Positions 40,157-53,104 are shown, counted from the first letter of the whole stretch. The stretch is 63,518 nt of DNA, filler included, from Sphacelaria rigidula (GCA_964200075.2; 11 parts of 11 records of this genome joined end to end with filler, not necessarily neighbours in it), one strand, 5' to 3'. Translations and numbers: made by a program. Notes: generated by a model not told the origin, from the letters alone.

Positions 40157-40940
40157 CTTGGCCGCTTTTCCACATTTGCTCACTACGGCGCTGAACGCTG
40201 CAGCAGACTTCACCACTCGGTAGTTGACAGATAGTTCTCGGAATTTTCCGGTTTGTGACAGGTGCGGTATTGGATTTTAGTGTGGACACCGAAATCCGGA
40301 TCTTTGGAGGGACTACGAGCTGGGCCAGCCTAAAAACGGATTTAAGCTCTAAAAGCAATATCTCTTCGACGCAAACGAGTTAGGCCNNNNNNNNNNNNNN
40401 NNNNNNNNNNNNNNNNNNNNNNNNNNNNNNTTAATTAATTAANNNNNNNNNNNNNNNNNNNNNNNNNNNNNNNNNNNNNNNNNNNNGTGTGGGTAAACTC
40501 AATGATGAATAACACCCCCCGAAGTTCAAATTGGATCTATCTGTTATTGCCGCAGCACCGTCCTTGCTGGCACATGTGTGTGACAAAGAACAGTAGTAGC
40601 AGTGACGGGAACATTGCCCTATTTTTTCAACATGTTTTCAGCGCACAGAGGCATGTCCTGTCCAAAAGGAGAGGCAGAGAGAAATCGATGTTCGCGTTGG
40701 CGACAGGCAAGAAGAGACGACGGAACTTCTCCGCACGTCGATGCTCTGGCATATGAAAAATTTGGCACATGCTGGTAAGATCAAGGATGCTAGTTCTCGA
40801 AAGCGGTAATCGCCGAGCGGCGACACACAAAAGGCACGGGCGAGGAGCTTCCTCTCTGTCGTTGCTTCTCTCTCTCTGGTGATATCGCCATCGACACGCG
40901 TGTACACCGCATTTCCTTGGGTGCACCTAGCCAGAGTTGC

Positions 40941-41050
40941 TTAACCCTTGGATCGCGGTGCCCGTAGTCTATCTGGACCACGTGCACTTTTTTCAGGTGA
41001 ATATTGATGCCGATTCAGCAGGTGACCTACTCTCGCGGTCTAACGGTCAA
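40941..41050. mobile_element. Diverged copy of the 98-bp piggyBac-like MITE
   Basis: ttaacccttggatcgcgg...attgatgccgattca...ctcgcggtctaacggtcaa. Confidence 0.7.
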
Positions 41051-42287
41051 CTCCTGCTGCGAAGGTTTGGGAAGGGAGATACTTTCGCTCTGCCTTACTC
41101 TTTCGTATCTTCCCTGCAATAGAGAAATGGGGCTTCAACCTCATTTTTTGTTTCAACCCCAAAATTTATAATCGGCTGTTTTGTGGTGTGACGGGCGAAT
41201 GCGGGATTTACTGCTCGCCCAGCTCGTAGCACTATTTTCTTGTTCAAGTGTATTACTCTGCGTCCGAAAGGGAGGTAGAGGGGTATCGACAGCTTCTAAT
41301 GACTTCTTGTACTCGTGGGAAAAATAACTCGAGGATACCTTAGTTTTTTCTTGTCATGACAGATTTCTGTTTTTACACTTACACTCTTCTGCCAAGTTGG
41401 TCAATTCCGATGGAACAATCCGTGTCACGTTCGCATTTTCCGGTAGTCGCAGATTTGTTTCAACTGGACTACCATTTTTGTTCAACAACAGTCGACACGA
41501 AGTGATGACTGTCATGGATTTCTACACCTGACCGCCACATTATTCCAAAATCGACTGATGTTCATAGTTCTTGGACGAACATACAAACAACTGCGGCAAT
41601 ACAAACAAGATACGAGCAACTGAACACGTTCATGTGACGGATAGATTTTCCAACGATGAACGCAGGGCAAAGCGAGGAGGCAACATCCGCCCAGCCATTA
41701 TTTACGCCCAAAACGAAGAAGGAGAAAAAATACCAGTTGTTCAACATGTTGCGTTTGCCATAGTAAGCGGTTCAAATATATTTCGTTGCGAAAATCGACA
41801 CGATGTGTGATGCCCAAGACCAATGGTGACACGACCCTCCGTTACGGTGCAGATGGTACAGTACCGACGACGTCGGCGAGAATGTGGCGAAGAACATCAT
41901 CCCATGTTTTTCATCCGACCGCTCAACATAATAGTGATACAGATGATCCCCGACAGTTCTCTCCTTGCACGAGCGCCATGGCGTCGAGACGCGAGCGTTG
42001 GCAGTGCTGCACGGTGAATCGAAAAGTTGGCTGGCATACAATGGTGTTGTTCAGGTCAGTCGTTTTCCGTTGAAACACTCACTTGATTGACTGACGGACG
42101 TAGCCAGATTACCCCGAACACACTCTGGCACCCCAAGGTGCACCGCACATGCACGAACCATCATCGCCATGTACCTGAGACACGGCTCATGACCACAGCC
42201 TGGACAAAAACAAGCTCGAGTTGTACAGAAACGTTTGCGCAATCTGTCTACAGAAACAATGGCCCCAATATTACCCACAGACTATGA

Positions 42288-44860
42288 TCAGAACGCGAAA
42301 TCATCCCCATTGTCGCCGCCCGCTTCCGATGCCGAGTCCTCTCTCTCGGACCCGCTGCATTCTGAATCCGAATCTCCGATCCAGATCCCGGCTACAGAGT
42401 TCGGCTTGTGTCTGACGGGTTTCTCTAATCCGCCGTCTCTGATGTGACATACACTGATGGGCTCTTGTCCTGGATGCGCCCCCCCTACACCCTGCCTCTC
42501 GCCGTCGTGCCAGTAACTCCCCTCTCCATCGGTCATATCAACAGGTGCCCCTGGCACGTTGCTCGTTCCACTTGCCGCGCCCCTTCCGCGTGATGCAGCC
42601 GACTCGCTCCTTGCATGCTTCGCTGTTGACCCGCATTCCCCGTTGCTCGATCGCCCGCGTGCGCGGCCATCTACACCGTCGATTTCACTGATCGGATCTG
42701 GTCCCGAGTGCGCTCCCCCCACCACCTCCCTCCCGGCGCCGCGCCAGCGAGGCTCCTCACCATCAGTCGTATCAGCAGGTGTTCCTAGTGCGCTGCTTGC
42801 TCGAGATGCCGCCCCCACTCCACGTGATGCAGGCAACCCGCTCCTTGCACGTTTCGTTGTTGATCGCCTTCTCCCGTTTCGCGATCGGCCGTGTGCACTG
42901 CTCTGTCCGTCGCCGGTTTCCTCAGCGGGATTCGCGGCGGCCGCTCGCGAAGGGGGCGGGGGCAGGAATCAGTGACCCTGGCAACCGCAGCTCAGAGTGT
43001 GTTAGATATACAACATATCCACTGAGCTAACAGTCAGCGCTGACTGTTAGCTTAGTGGATATGTTGTATATCTAAGAGACACCTGCAACTCTGGCATCTG
43101 TGTTTTGACGCCGCCCTTTCCGGGTTGCATGCACATCTGAGTAGTTGCAGATTTCTGGGTGTGCTCACGTATGTGTGACTCGACAAGTACACGACAAAAT
43201 TATCGCGTGACAGCTCCACCCCCGCTGTGGTCGACGACTTTACACCACCCTTGTGGTGAGCCCTTCTCCCAGGTCCTATGCCCCACCCGCGTCCGTTGAA
43301 GTTCACTGGGGGCATGCTGCGTAGAAAGCCCCCCCCCCCCAGTATTCGAACACTGCATCGGACTTACTGACGTGCTTCTTACAGGCGTCTAAGTCTGGGC
43401 AGCAGCGGGAAGGCTGGTGTCCATGCGCTATGGTGATACGCAAGCGGGTCTTGTTCACGTACGACGCCAAGTCCTGTCCACACGTGGCGGACATAATCCC
43501 CGGATCCGTGGCAATTCGTGCGAAAGCGTTTTCGTACCTGAAGAAGAAAACGGTAGCCAGCAGCTTCACGCCCTCGTCCATCTCCAACCTGAGCCTCCTA
43601 TCTTTGTCCGCCAGTATCGCTTTCGTGAAGAGGTTCGGCGTGCGAATGACCTGCAGAACGAAATACCACATCTTCAGGAAAGGAATCCTGGACACATGTT
43701 GTGAAAAGTCGCACCCGGCCAGCAGGTAGGTGAAAACGAACAGTGCCACCTTGATTGATGGCGTCAGCCAATCGTACTGGCCGTCGGGCGGCCAAGCACT
43801 CTCGCTCCCGTCCCTGAGATTCTCGATCGCACTATACACCCGGTTCACCAGTATGTACTGGGGGCCACCATTCACGATGCGTTTGACAGTGACTAGCCCG
43901 GCACCTGAGCCATGCGGTTTGATACACCCCGAGGACATCGCCAGAAGTACAATGACCCACTGATCAGTGTCGATGGAAGTTACGAGCCACTTCTTCAGGG
44001 ATTTCCCGAACAATCTTCCGGAGTGTATGATGAAGTGGACTGTGGACGTCTCTCCCTCACCTATGCCGGGTCCAGGTGCGCTGTAGATACTCCTATCAGG
44101 CCCTCTGCCGTCACGCCACCACAACAGGTGCTGTTGCGAGGCACGAGGAGAAGGGTCGGGGAGCGCGCCACTTTGCGCGCGTGATTCTCCTGCCTCCACT
44201 TCCTCCCCCCTCTCGCAGGCTGTCAACGCGGCAAAACACGATCGCGGAATCTACGTAACCCCTGCGCGGGTGTCTTTTTTCACTACCTGGCCGCACGAAA
44301 TGCAACAAGGCGTATGTGTGCAAGACCGTAGTTCTGAGTAATATTTACCGTTTCAACAGTCAGGGTCGGGGATTCTCGCGCACACATCTACAAACAAGTA
44401 TATATTACCCACGCATGCTCACGCCCTGCGTCTGGTTCAAAAGCCTCAGTCATCACCTGAAAGAGAGTGATGAGGAGCGTTCGATCATCACCTTCGATAC
44501 CTCGCAGGGTTACTACAATAGTGAGTTGAGAATGCTCTTACCTCGGGATCGGTCCTGATGTCGAATGTGACGCTTGGACTGCCCCAGACGGCGTCTCAGC
44601 GGGTGCCCGGACGTTGCATCCCATGAGTTAGCCCTGGGAATCCTCCACATCTGCCGCGAGTGTATGCACAGGGGGGTGGTCGGGTGGAGGGTTGAACACC
44701 AACACTTCTGATTGAGTGTGTCATCTACCCTGCCATTCTCATGTTCTCGCCTCCCGTGGCAACGGAGGTACATGTTCTCTGTCGTATGTAGCGGTCGCGG
44801 CGTCCTACCGTGATACTCAAGTGCAATTACAATTGAGAAGTCGAAATCTATGTTCATTTC
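42288..44860 (-). pseudogene. AcademX-like DNA transposon gene remnant: XPG/FEN1-like (PIN fold) nuclease, Cys-rich zinc finger, low-complexity acidic tail
   Basis: ORF 43303-44226 has GEGE, SIDTD, LAGCDF and PDLDACKKHV..SDAVFEYW. The next frame gives MPPVNFNGRGW and LLRCAC...RCQSCRC...TLSCGCQG. Disrupted by a frameshift at a G12 run, a 74-bp insert and one stop. Confidence 0.65.
43002..43075. repeat. 74-bp near-perfect palindrome
   Basis: ttagatatacaacatatccactgagctaacagtcagc|gctgactgttagcttagtggatatgttgtatatctaa, with one mismatched pair. Confidence 0.95.
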
Positions 44861-45237
44861 AACGCCGGAAATCTCGAATCACGCTAGACGTTAGCTAATT
44901 GATTCCGGGTGTCAGGTTACTAACTTGAACTCCTTCTTCTGCTCGGGGCAGACACTAAGTGCGAGTTGTACATTGGCTCATGTACAACGCGAGGCGCCGA
45001 TTAATTACGGCCCCGCTGTTTCCAGGAGGTGATGTAGATACGTCTCAATCACATTGTTATATACACACTTGTACTATATACAAGGATCGGACGGGGCCGC
45101 CGATAGGCGGCCCCGTCCTCCACGATAGGCGTGGAAAGGGATGAATTTAATTTGGGAGGTGGTAAAGGCAATGACTCCTACCAAGAGGTTGAGCCAAAGG
45201 TTGGATATCTGTATCGGTTATGAAACTATGCAAGGGT

Positions 45238-45722
45238 AGGTCGAATAGAGTATGTACTCTTGATTACTCGAGTAAAATACTCAAGTATTTACGCTACTCG
45301 ACGTTTGAGTAGATCGAGTATGGCCTCAAATACTCTACTCAAATTTCAAGTAGGTCGAGTACAGCCTAAAATACTCTACTCAAATTTTGAGTCAGCACTC
45401 GAGTATAGAGTATCACTTGAGTAGCACCTCAATACTCTACTCAAAGTTTTAGTAGGTCGAGTACGGCCTCAAATAATCTACTCAATTATTGAGTAGGTTG
45501 AGTATGGTCTTGAATACTCTACTCAAATTTTGAGCAGGTTGAGTATGGTCTCAAATACTCAACTCAAATATTGAGTAAGAACTCCCAGGAATACTCGAGT
45601 ATAGAGTATCACTTGAGTATCACCTCAATACTCTCATCAAATTTTGGGTAGGTCGAGTATGGTCTCAAATACTCCACTCAAATTTCGAGTAAGCACTCTC
45701 AGTAATGCTTGAGTATAGAGTA
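45238..45722. repeat. About 41-bp minisatellite rich in tactc/gagta palindromic motifs
   Basis: Consensus aaatactctactcaaattttgagtaggtcgagtatggcctc, about 10 degenerate units. Confidence 0.9.
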
Positions 45723-46534
45723 CCCCGACAGTTGGCGACTTCATGACGTCAGTTCACAGGCTATGTTGAATGCATGGGCGAATGATGACCAGCAATTAGA
45801 TGGGCGGCATTACATCACAGCCAACAAGGAGTACGAGCGAATGATAGCCATGAAAAAATCAAGAAGCGTGCAGGTGAACGAACCTACTTGCCCCAGCGCC
45901 CCATCTCACCAGCCCCCACCCACAGAAGTTCGATATGACTTTCAGTACAGAGCGCTACTCATCATCATCGAGTAGTCGAGTGGTCGAGTAGGTATTATCA
46001 AAATGAGCGACCCTACTGGCCACGGTTTGACGAGGCAGTTTGACCTTGAATCAATTCTCATCATGGGTAGGCAACTCTAGGAATACCTCGGTATTTCCTC
46101 CACGAGCTGGGCCAGCTTAAAAGCTGCTAAAAGTTGCTCACACCACAGCTTCCCCAGTTTTCCCGAATCNNNNNNNNNNNNNNNNNNNNNNNNNNNNNNN
46201 NNNNNNNNNNNNNTTAATTAATTAANNNNNNNNNNNNNNNNNNNNNNNNNNNNNNNNNNNNNNNNNNNNGGGCGCTTCATGCAGCCTGAACCCAAACATC
46301 AGGCGCTGTTTGGCCATTTATTTCGTGACACTTTTGAGCTGGTTTTGGGGGGGCTATCGTAGAAAGAGTCTAACACATTGTGCTGTGTTGATGTCGTGTG
46401 CTGCTTCCGCCTTATTGTTGTTCTGTGTCCATCATATATTATGTTCGGCATACTCAAGTGTGTGGATGTACATATGCCGTGCTGGACCAATATTGCGCCT
46501 GCTATGTTTCAATGACGCGAACAATTTTTCCGGT

Positions 46535-46747
46535 GTGTAATGTGTGAGAGGACCGCGTGCTTAGAGGACCGCATCGGAATTTGAACACTCCTATGGTTAG
46601 GGTTAGGTTTAAGGTTAGTGTTGGGGTTAGGGTGAGGGGCGTGGTACCTGCAGGGACTGACCCGATTGGTTTGGGAAAACGTCGATCCTGAGGGATTTTG
46701 AACTACGGCGCGGTCCTCTAAGCACGCAGTCCTCTCACGCATTACAC
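46535..46747. mobile_element. MITE with 38-bp inverted ends and internal TTAGGG-like repeats
   Basis: gtgtaatgtgtgagaggaccgcgtgcttagaggaccgc ... gcggtcctctaagcacgcagtcctctcacgcattacac. Internal ggttagggttaggtttaaggttag at 46595-46637. Confidence 0.85.
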
Positions 46748-47354
46748 GGTGAACTATTCGTTGGCCCAGGCACAGGATAGATGGTGTGTATCACATATGA
46801 GAGAGCACCGAAGTATAGCTATAACCCAGGAGAGATTAGTTGAGGAGGAGAGCTGAGTGAGTGATTGTAGTAGGGACGCCAGTGAGCTGCGACTGCTGTA
46901 CTGTCTTATGTTCGCACATACTTGACTGTCAGGACTCGTACGTCACCCCGACCCCCTCGATCTGCGGAGATCCTACCTACTGTACCTGAACACAGGAATA
47001 CTTCCCCTGATTCGATACCTTAGTTCTGAAAGCTTTACTATCAACATAGGGAGAAAGGAAACTCGGCCCTCCAAGCGAAAATTCCCTTCACACTAACTCC
47101 AACGCTTGTGCTCGAATCCCACAGCTCTTGGTAAAGACCCCCGGTCAGGGCAGATGCATGTTACATCAGGTTACACTCTACCAAACTCATGCCGAACAAA
47201 GTAGCGTGGGCGGCTCCACCCAAGATATGTACAAATGCATCACGAAAATCATTACCTAGAACGCCTACGGCTTACACATCGACAGACACACGCACACAAC
47301 ATTATGTACCCACTCGCCATCCCCAAGATAAATCAAGGCGCCCCAGTCTCTTAA

Positions 47355-47452
47355 CCCTTAGACCGCGAGATTAGTCTTTCTGGACCATGCATACTTTTTT
47401 TCACTTGACATTGATGCCGATTCAACAGAAGACTAACCTCGCGGTCTAAGGG
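47355..47452. mobile_element. 98-bp piggyBac-like MITE
   Basis: TTAA on both sides. TIR cccttagaccgcgagattagtct / agactaacctcgcggtctaaggg. A related left end occurs at about 63142. Confidence 0.9.
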
Positions 47453-48199
47453 TTAAGCATTGTTTCTGGGAGCAGGTTTGTCAGGATATCAGCGTGCTGC
47501 AACTCTGAATCCACATGCACTATCTTGATGGCTTTCGACTTCACCAAGTCCCGAAAAAAATGTCACCTTACGTCTATGCCCATCCTGCGTCCCGAGCTGG
47601 CAGGGGTTTTAGCCAGGGTCTCTAGCCCTTTGTCGTCTTCAACAACATATTGGTGAGATTTGCAACGAAGTTTGTTTTGGAACAGGAAATATTTTATCGT
47701 TTACACCAAGGCAGTCGAATCTTCCGAAACAGCGGTCATCCTCGTGAAAGCCCGTGTTCTGACGCGAAGTTTGGTGCAATCAGAGTTGAAATTGGCGCCG
47801 GCTTCCGTCGCATTTTTTTTGTTTTCTTTGTAAATGTTCCCTCCAAACTCTGCATCGAACACGTGGACATTTCATCATTTGGTTAAGGTATAAGATGAAG
47901 GCCCCAACTAGTGAGGGCGTTGAGACATAACCGTCCTAGGATCCACGTTCGTATTGCTTGTAAGTCGACAGTGTCCTGAAACACACAAGCGTTTCCCAGC
48001 AAGACGGCAGAAACTCCACGATAAATGGGCAACTCTTGAAAATACTACATAACACACACTGCAAACAGGCGGGTGACTTACGGACTCTTCAGCAGTGCAT
48101 CAGCCCACTCCGCAGCGGAAGGTAATCAAATGTGCAGCAGATACTGAAAGCCTTGATGATGTGTTTTGATCGTTTTCTACTGCACGGCTGAGATCCATG

Positions 48200-48625
48200 T
48201 TTGTAGCTTCGTGACCCCCGTGAGAGGATGGGGTGCAGACTCCACTGCGATATTCGATTAGTGGACACCACTGTGATAGTCGATCAGTGGACGGCTGACC
48301 GCCGATCAGGATGTGATAGAATTTGTTTCAAGCTCCGTTGGATGAAAAGGAAAGAAGAGAGAGCAAGAGAGTGAGATCGTAGGGGGCTACCATCTCAAGA
48401 TGGCAACACACGCACGCACGTATGCCCAGTTACCACTATCACAGTTGAAAGTAATCCCGTGTAGTACCCGGAACTCAAGTAGGTATGTCACTACCGTACC
48501 TTATGCTGACAAGGTGTATCTTACTGACTACCTAGGCCATCCCACAAATACTCCCCCATGTACTGGGTGTCAACGGCAAGGTTCGAAGACCATACTCAGT
48601 AAACAGAGCTATTCACCACAAAACA
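48200..48625. mobile_element. Possible solo LTR related to 13680-14019
   Basis: Shared blocks gtcgatca..gacggctga..ccgatca, a purine run, ggctacc and a terminal gcta/gttcacc..aca. Boundaries uncertain. Confidence 0.35.
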
Positions 48626-50061
48626 ACTCTTCCGTTCACGGCGCATTCAACAGGTGTATTTTCATAAAATTAATTTCATCAGCAACCGCAACAGCATCGT
48701 CATGTTCCGAAGCTTTGTCACCGACAACTATGGGATCAGTCAAGAATCAATCAAGACTCTCGGAATACCTTGCTAGGTATTTTCTTCGCACACCAAGACA
48801 AAAACAGGGATGCATGAGCTGTGTGTGTACCACAGCGTGGCTCCTGATGGTCAATCCAGGCAAAACGCAAGTCAAGTTCTGCAACTGTACTAGCCCATGC
48901 TCCTTACACCAGCGTGGGTGGTTCGTACTTGGAATTCGAGTAGCCTGCATTACATACGCGAGACTAAGCTCTTAGATAAAATATGAACCCACACAGTTAT
49001 GGGGGTGAATGAAGGCCTTACCGACCAAACGTCCGGGGCCCACAAAAAAACAATGAATGCGGACGGATATTGAAGACCTATTGAAGACGAATTGAAGACG
49101 TCATAGACTAGTCGGACCTGTGCCGACCCTCTGCCGACCCTCTGCCGACCCTCTGCCGAAAATGACACACGGTCCATCCCAAGTTACCCAGGTTTAGTAT
49201 GCGACAGATGTAATTTGTTTCATCGCAATAATCTCGAGACAGGAAGCACAGCGGCCTCTGGAACTTCACAGCCCCCAGCACACACGCTAGACCTATACAG
49301 CAGCGCAAGCAGATTTGCTCCATTCGCCACAGGGGATCCAAAAAGTCCCAGAACGTTGCAGGAAACGCGTTTTTCAGGACATTTTGTGTTTGGTGCAGCG
49401 GTTTCTGAAGTGCTGGGCACGCGTACAGAAATATGTCACCACACTGGACAGTTCCGGTGTATGGGAAGCGCACGCATCGAACCGCAATCGAATCCTCCAC
49501 CTGGTTGCCGAGAAAATAGAGTTGAAAAATCGGCAGTTGTGGGTTGAGGACCAGCAGCTTTTACGGAGGTGAAAAATGGGAAATCCTCAGAAGCACGGTG
49601 TTTCGAAGTTCAAGAGAAAATCGAAATCCCGCGAAGCATGGGCGAAGTACAAGGGAAGAGCCGGTCATGACTTGACCTGTGCCCTAGCGGCCGCGCGCAA
49701 GGTCAAGGCGGCGCCTTAACGCGCGGAGAAGGCTGAGAAAGAACTCAAGGCGGCCACCGAAAGGCTCGACGCGGTCACCGAAACGTTTGACGCGTCTGTT
49801 TCATGTCAGAGTGTTGGATCCAGCGCGTAAGCTAAGCCGGTGCGCCCAATTTTTATTGCGGTCCTTTGGTCCTTTCACAGTCGGGAGACAGCAATGATGT
49901 TTTCGGTAACTGACTGTGAATACTAATAACAATATGTGAACAAGGCAACATGGGACAAGCTTCGTTTTGAAGGGTATGTGTATGTATCTTCCGTCCTGCC
50001 ATGGGGTGCTGATTTCTTGCATGCGTTCGTGTACAAGGGGCAAATCATTCCCCCAACATAA

Positions 50062-50390
50062 CGGTCGTCCCGGGAGCTCAGTTGGTAACCTCGTAACCCA
50101 TCTGACGGTTGAGTTGTGGTGTTCAATTCCCGGAGCGATCTGGAATTTTTTCTTACACCATGTCCAGCAGTGGAGAGCAACCATGTCGTGGGAAAGGGAC
50201 TGCTGAACTCCTCTCGCGATAAAAAAATAAAAAGGCAAGCACCGCAGAAGGAAGGTGGGTTATTGAAAAAAAAAAAGACGCTCCTGTATTGATCTTCCTC
50301 CTGTGTGACCCCGGCTGATGCGCCCACACATCCCGAAAGGGGTAGACTGGCGCCCAGAATAAATGGGACGACAACACACAACACATACGA
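50062..50390 (+). mobile_element. SINE C copy
   Basis: gagctcagttggtaacc (A box), gttcaattcc (B box), shared body and CA-rich tail. Confidence 0.8.
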
Positions 50391-50419
50391 TATACTCCGT
50401 ACAGCATGGGCATGGTACT

Positions 50420-50900
50420 GGCAGAAAAAAGCGTCCGAGGAGTGGCAGGGGTGAGAACTGGACTCACGACTTCGTGCTCGGGAGTGCGTTAGGTTGTACA
50501 TTGAGCTACCTGATTTGTTATTCCCGAAAAAGTATTCTGTGCTTCTAATAACTATCAAGCAAAAACCTCTCTGAACAAAGACATACTCGGTTGAGTGATT
50601 TTGGTATACTGCGGACCACGGGGTTTCCGAAAGCAATGTGCACTGATATGCGAGGTATGCAACCGTCACCTCAGCATCCACGTCTTGAGCTGAAGCGTCG
50701 TATCTAAACTCCTAGGCGTGTGGACATTACACTCGATCATACTCAGTGTGCCGGATCTACATTCAGCAAAAGCTGTTGAGAATTATTCCTCCTTTAGCCC
50801 ATGTGCATGGACCGGGGGGCAAAGGGATCCATTGCTTTCAACAACTTTTTCTGCTTGTCGGATCCCATATGCTGATAACGGTGCAGTATGCGGGGTTTAC
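50420..50900 (-). pseudogene. Possible highly decayed Mutator-like (MULE) transposase fragment
   Basis: Minus-strand fragments MGSDKQKKLLKAMDPFAPRSMH and AYL...TPWSAVY resemble the MULE SDxxKGL..A...P...H and AxxYL..W motifs. Many disablements. Confidence 0.3.
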
Positions 50901-52602
50901 CCAGTAGCTGACGCTGCTCGCAATATATATCTTTTCCCCCGATCTCCGGATGAATTGGAGGGCAACGTGAAGATTTATTTCGAGCTTCTTCTGCTGTTCA
51001 AATTCCAAATCTGCCAGTGCGCATGGGATTTGCGCAGCAGAAGAAGCTGTTCGAAATGAATCCTTTTTTCGCTAATTTAAAAAATCGGCGAAAAGCAGAT
51101 CGATTTTGAATAGCTTCTTCTGCTGTTCGAAATATATATATATATATATATTTGCCGAAATAAATTGGGCGAGAAAAGGATCTGTTTTGAATATTTTGTC
51201 CCGCTGTCCAAAATAAATTTCTTTTGCCCTATTCAAATCGGGTGAAGAGGAATTTACCTCGGACAGGAGGACAAGCTATTGAAAATATATGAATTAAATA
51301 TTTACAGATTTTGTACCAAAATATTTGGAATTATTAAAAACAAAAAAAGAGGCAGGGTTTTTTTACCAAAACACTACCCCATGACTGTGCAGGGCTTTGT
51401 CGACAAGCCTACACAGAGCTGTAAACCCAACCACGGCGAAAGCCCAATCAAAACGCTACGAGGGGTACAGGTTTGGACTTTCACTGTCAGCGTTTTTTCA
51501 CAAAGACTGTGGAGGACCCTGTACGGATCCTGCACAGTGCGCCCCACAGGGTGATATCTGGTGACTGTAGTGATGGTATACTCTGGTGATGGTATATCTC
51601 AGCAGACTGCTGAATGGTGCTGCATTTCAAACATCGCTGGCGTCTGGCGCCATATTGGATCGTTCCGCTGACGGCGGTCGTCGCCGGCGCAACAGTATGA
51701 AATTCCTCTCAAATACTCAGCAAGAGGCGCTCGAAACCTCGATGACTAGTCCAAAGAAGTATGTTTTCAGCATGCTTTGTTACGTGTTTCGTAGCGCTTA
51801 GAGGCAGGTCCTGCTCAAAAGGTGCCGCACAATGACGGTGTTTTTTTTGTTGAACTGCTTGTCATGCTTGGGCTGCCGTACAGAAACGTGTGGGTGAGTG
51901 TTACATGGTCGAAATCGCTTGGGAATCCCGAGCCCATTGGACGAAACAAATGNNNNNNNNNNNNNNNNNNNNNNNNNNNNNNNNNNNNNNNNNNNNTTAA
52001 TTAATTAANNNNNNNNNNNNNNNNNNNNNNNNNNNNNNNNNNNNNNNNNNNNGATCTGGGGGGGGGGGGGGGGAGGGAACAGGGAGAAGGCTTGTTTTGC
52101 CTCATTGAGGGATTCGCGGAGGGGATATTTGTTTTTTTGTGGGGGACGTGTAAGCCCCCCAACAAGTTTCGAACCGGGGTTTGTGTAGGGGGGGGGGGGG
52201 GGTGCGAGGGAACAGGGAGAAGGCTTGTTTTGCCTCATTGATGGATTCGCGTATGTGATATTTGATTTTTGATGGAGGACGTGTAAGCCCGCCATCAAGT
52301 TTCGAACAGCGGTTTGTGTAAGGAGTGGGGTGGGTATGTGTGCCCAGGGACCGAAATTGAATCTCCGGATTGGGTGGCTGACGATAGCATCATCTACGTG
52401 GACGGCTATACGGGGCTATCTGAGAGTAACCTCTACTGTAAGGACTATACGTACTAGCCGCCGCTCTCGAGTGGTCTGATGTTACAAATGACACCATTGG
52501 GGCAGGGGAAACGCGGGCTCGATTCTCGGCATATTTGTCTAGTCCGACTTTTTTTGTCTTACAAGTATGTGATGTTCACTCGTTCAAAGCGTGAGGATGT
52601 AC

Positions 52603-53104
52603 GTGTGTGTTGTTATGTTGTCATCCCATCTATTCCGCGCGCCAGTCGATATGTGGCCGCATCAGCAGGGAACATTGTGTTTCCGTGAGATTGGGAGTAG
52701 AGCGTCGAGTGAGAGTGGGTCTTATCATTCGCTTTTACTTGACCAATTTTTCATTCTGTGTGTGCCCTTCTTTGCCTCTAACACTGGGGTGTGCTTACAG
52801 CTACACGTCGATATCCTACTCGGGGATATCAAGAGCTTCAGTGGCAACCAACCTACTACAGGCAGAGTATCGGGCCTCGTGGAGGAGCATTTCGGAACTG
52901 AAACTATTTATTCATTAACTGACCGGTTCCCACTCTCGATCGTATTGTCTAGTCTCAATCTCACGAAAACATTATTATGGATCATACAAAAGGGAAGTCA
53001 ACACACATGATTTTTTTTTTGTTTCAGCATCCTACCTTCCTTCGGCCGTGGTTGCCTTGCTCTTAATCGCGGGAAGGGTTCAGCGATCCCTATCCCTCGT
53101 CGAC
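52603..53104 (-). mobile_element. SINE C 3' part interrupted by a MITE
   Basis: SINE sequence on both sides of 52671-52976 (gtcatcccatcta... and gggttcagcgatccctatccctcgtcgac). Confidence 0.7.
52671..52976. mobile_element. MITE, second copy of 13322-13626
   Basis: Colinear over about 305 bp with the same TIRs. Confidence 0.85.

Noticed and set aside
45089..45118. GC hairpin as a Rho-independent terminator
   Set aside because: The context is eukaryotic and there is no U tract. It is more likely part of a repeat.
46785..47175. Solo LTR (TGT...ACA)
   Set aside because: The ends are plausible, but there is no TSD and no second copy in the window.
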